DNA from: an uncultured delta proteobacterium
Lineage (GTDB): Bacteria; Desulfobacterota; Binatia; UBA9968
Length of the DNA: 64,000 nucleotides
Assembly: GCA_963840855.1 (NCBI GenBank)
Contig: CAWJBB010000027.1
Coordinates: forward strand, 160,001-224,000
Direction of reading: 5' to 3'
Below the pieces are notes generated by a model. The model was not told where the DNA came from. It was given only the letters and a program-made list of their open reading frames with translations, and did no database searches. Shown piece after piece: positions 62,045 through 64,000 of the stretch. The position numbers were made by a program, and so were the translations under genes. How positions within the stretch are numbered: the stretch's first letter is position 1; every line of letters starts with the position of its first letter.

Positions 62045-63425
62045 ATGGGCTCTTGTCTGTCTCCTGTCTCTTGCCCTGCCGGGATGTGCCCACTACTTCG
62101 TGAATGTCGAGAAATCGGCCATCAGCCGATCAAGGAGTATCGCTTCGATCCTGAGGCGAGCGGCGACAATTCCAATTCTCTGTTCATTTGCCTGACTTTT
62201 CCGGAGGCGGGACACGCGCCGCGGCGCTTTCCTATGGTGTGTTGGAGAAGCTGAAGGACACTCGGATCACCTGGAAGGGGGAGGAAAAACGCCTTCTCGA
62301 TGAGGTGGACTGCATCTCGTCGATTTCCGGCGGGTCTTTCACCGCTGCCTATTATGGGCTGTTCGGAGAACGGATCTTCCAGGATTACCGTGGGCGATTT
62401 CTGGAAGCTGATGTTCAGGGCTCGCTTTTGTGGAGTCTCTTCAATCCCTGGAATTGGGTCAGGCTGGCGTCTCCGTACTTCAGCCGGATCGACCTTGCCG
62501 CAGAGTACTACGACGAGAACATCTTTGAAGGGAAGTCGTTTGCGGCGTTGGCCGAAACCAGCCGTCGGCCTTTTGTCATGTTGAACGCAACCAATCTTGC
62601 AAACGGAGAGCGGTTCGAGTTCACGCAAGATCAATTCGACTTTTTAGTGTCCGACCTCAATAGATATCCGGTTGCACGGGCCGTGGCTGCTTCATCGGCC
62701 TTTCCCTTCTTGTTGAGCCCGATCACGCTCAAGAATTATCCACACGCGCACTTTCAGCTGCCGAAGGATTATGAGCTCGGGCTGAAGGATTACACGGACA
62801 ATCGCCGACGCTACTATTGGGCGCGCAATCGAGCGATGTATATGAACGATGCGGCGTTGCCTATGTGCATCTCATGGATGGTGGCTTGGCCGACAATATT
62901 GGGTTGCGTCCGTTCGAGGCGGCCCATCAACGTTCCGGTGGGTTTATCCGGAAATTGCTCAATCAAGGTGAAATAGAAAAGTTTGTATTGATTGTGTTGA
63001 ATGCACACACGTTAGACAAGGACACGATGAGTCAGGACGAGAGCCCGCCGGGCCTACTTACTGTGGCCTCAAAAACTGCGACGGTTGCTATGGAGCATTA
63101 CAGTGTGGAGACCGTTGAGGCTGTGAAGGATCTCCGTGATGCACGGAGGCAGGCGCAGAAAAATATTGCGGCCTGCCAGAAGAAGCTGGATCAATGTGCG
63201 GCGTCCCCTCAACTTCCCAAGTTTCCAGCTGAGATTGATCCATATGTGATAGAGGTAGACTTCGAAGCCATCTCCGATCTCGATAGGAGGAAGTACTTCT
63301 TATCCCTGCCAACGAGTTTTGCGCTCGAAAAAGATCAGGTCCAGGCTCTCATCAACATTGGCCCTCTACTTCTGAATGAGTCGCCGGATTTTCTGGACTT
63401 TATCGAGAGTCTTAGATCACAGTAA
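62037..63425 (+). CDS. Patatin-like phospholipase lipoprotein (several frameshifts)
   Basis: Lipobox LPGC; FSGGGTRAA; SISGGS; AVAASSAFP; DGG. Confidence 0.8.
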
Positions 63426-63601
63426 CCTTGCCTCGGAGAGCGGGGAAGGTGTCAGCACAATTTCGGTTTGAATAGCCGCATCTGCTTCGCCAGCTGACCA
63501 CCGCGTCCGGTCTCGTCGTCCGTGAAGCGTCGTTCGTATCGCGCGACTAAAGCTATCAGCAGTCAGCTTTCAGCCATCAACTCCCATGCCGTGCAGAGAG
63601 T

Positions 63602-63928
63602 TCAATCGCTCTCTGCACGGCTGGAGGCTCTTACTTCATTTTCCTTCCTGGTGTCTTGGTACACCATGAGGTGCGCGTAGGGGCTGTCGTCGAACATGAT
63701 GTAGACGCCAGAGGGGTTCGGGGCAGTCGGGAGCTTCGTGGCTACTGCGTCGAAGGGCCATATGACCATCCAGTGAGGGCGCTCTTTCACAATCTTGGCC
63801 CCCTCCCCCGACATGACGACTTTCCCGCCTTTTTCATAGTGTGATCCGCCGCGGGCCATGCAGGCGATGCCGCGCACGGTGTTCGTCGGTTTCGGCGCGG
63901 TGTTCTGAGGTCGGTCATCCTTGCTCAT
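63602..63928 (-). pseudogene. Partial hypothetical protein
   Basis: HWMVIWPFDA..LPT.P...GVYIMF..SPYAHLM; no convincing start. Confidence 0.4.
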
Positions 63929-64000
63929 GGCGTGCTCGCGCCGAACGCGAAGTTGCGTTGTGAAATCATTCCGAGTCCGGCAGAGCATGCAACCGAGCAC

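Noticed and set aside
32326-63425. Programmed frameshifting or mass pseudogenisation (integrase, PaaA-like, tatC, BCCP, pccB, SDR, patatin)
   Set aside because: Scattered single-base shifts in otherwise intact, often essential genes are better explained by long-read or assembly indels; needs read inspection.

Overview
Bacterial chromosomal window with two parts. The lineage is not certain; a deltaproteobacterial/Binatia-like organism is a guess from gene content. (1) About 1-33.5 kb is a mosaic accessory island ending in an XRE regulator and a tyrosine integrase. It holds integron gene cassettes and attC sites but no integron integrase. It also has nine copies of an unannotated 28-bp 11-6-11 dif-like site in two spacer classes (GGAGAA, CGACGC) that bracket the cassette modules, and four 5'-truncated 3' ends of an ABC substrate-binding-protein (SBP) gene anchored next to that site. 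Other contents: an ORF-less group II intron inserted exactly before an SBP stop codon, transposase-less IS91/ISCR oriIS-like ends with outward promoters, an intact IS21 with a 6-bp target duplication, four SRAP copies or fragments, and phage remnants. (2) About 33.6-61.3 kb is housekeeping/metabolic DNA: etfAB, PaaA-like, pncB, fabH/fabF, HDAC, tat, acyl-CoA carboxylase, GH63, MsrPQ-like and MATE. It also contains a stand-alone ~190-nt transcript unit with a 17-nt anti-16S Shine-Dalgarno and a 13-codon ORF. A second accessory patch starts near 61.5 kb. Several housekeeping genes have single frameshifts, probably sequencing or assembly indels. All family calls come from reading motifs by eye; no searches were run.
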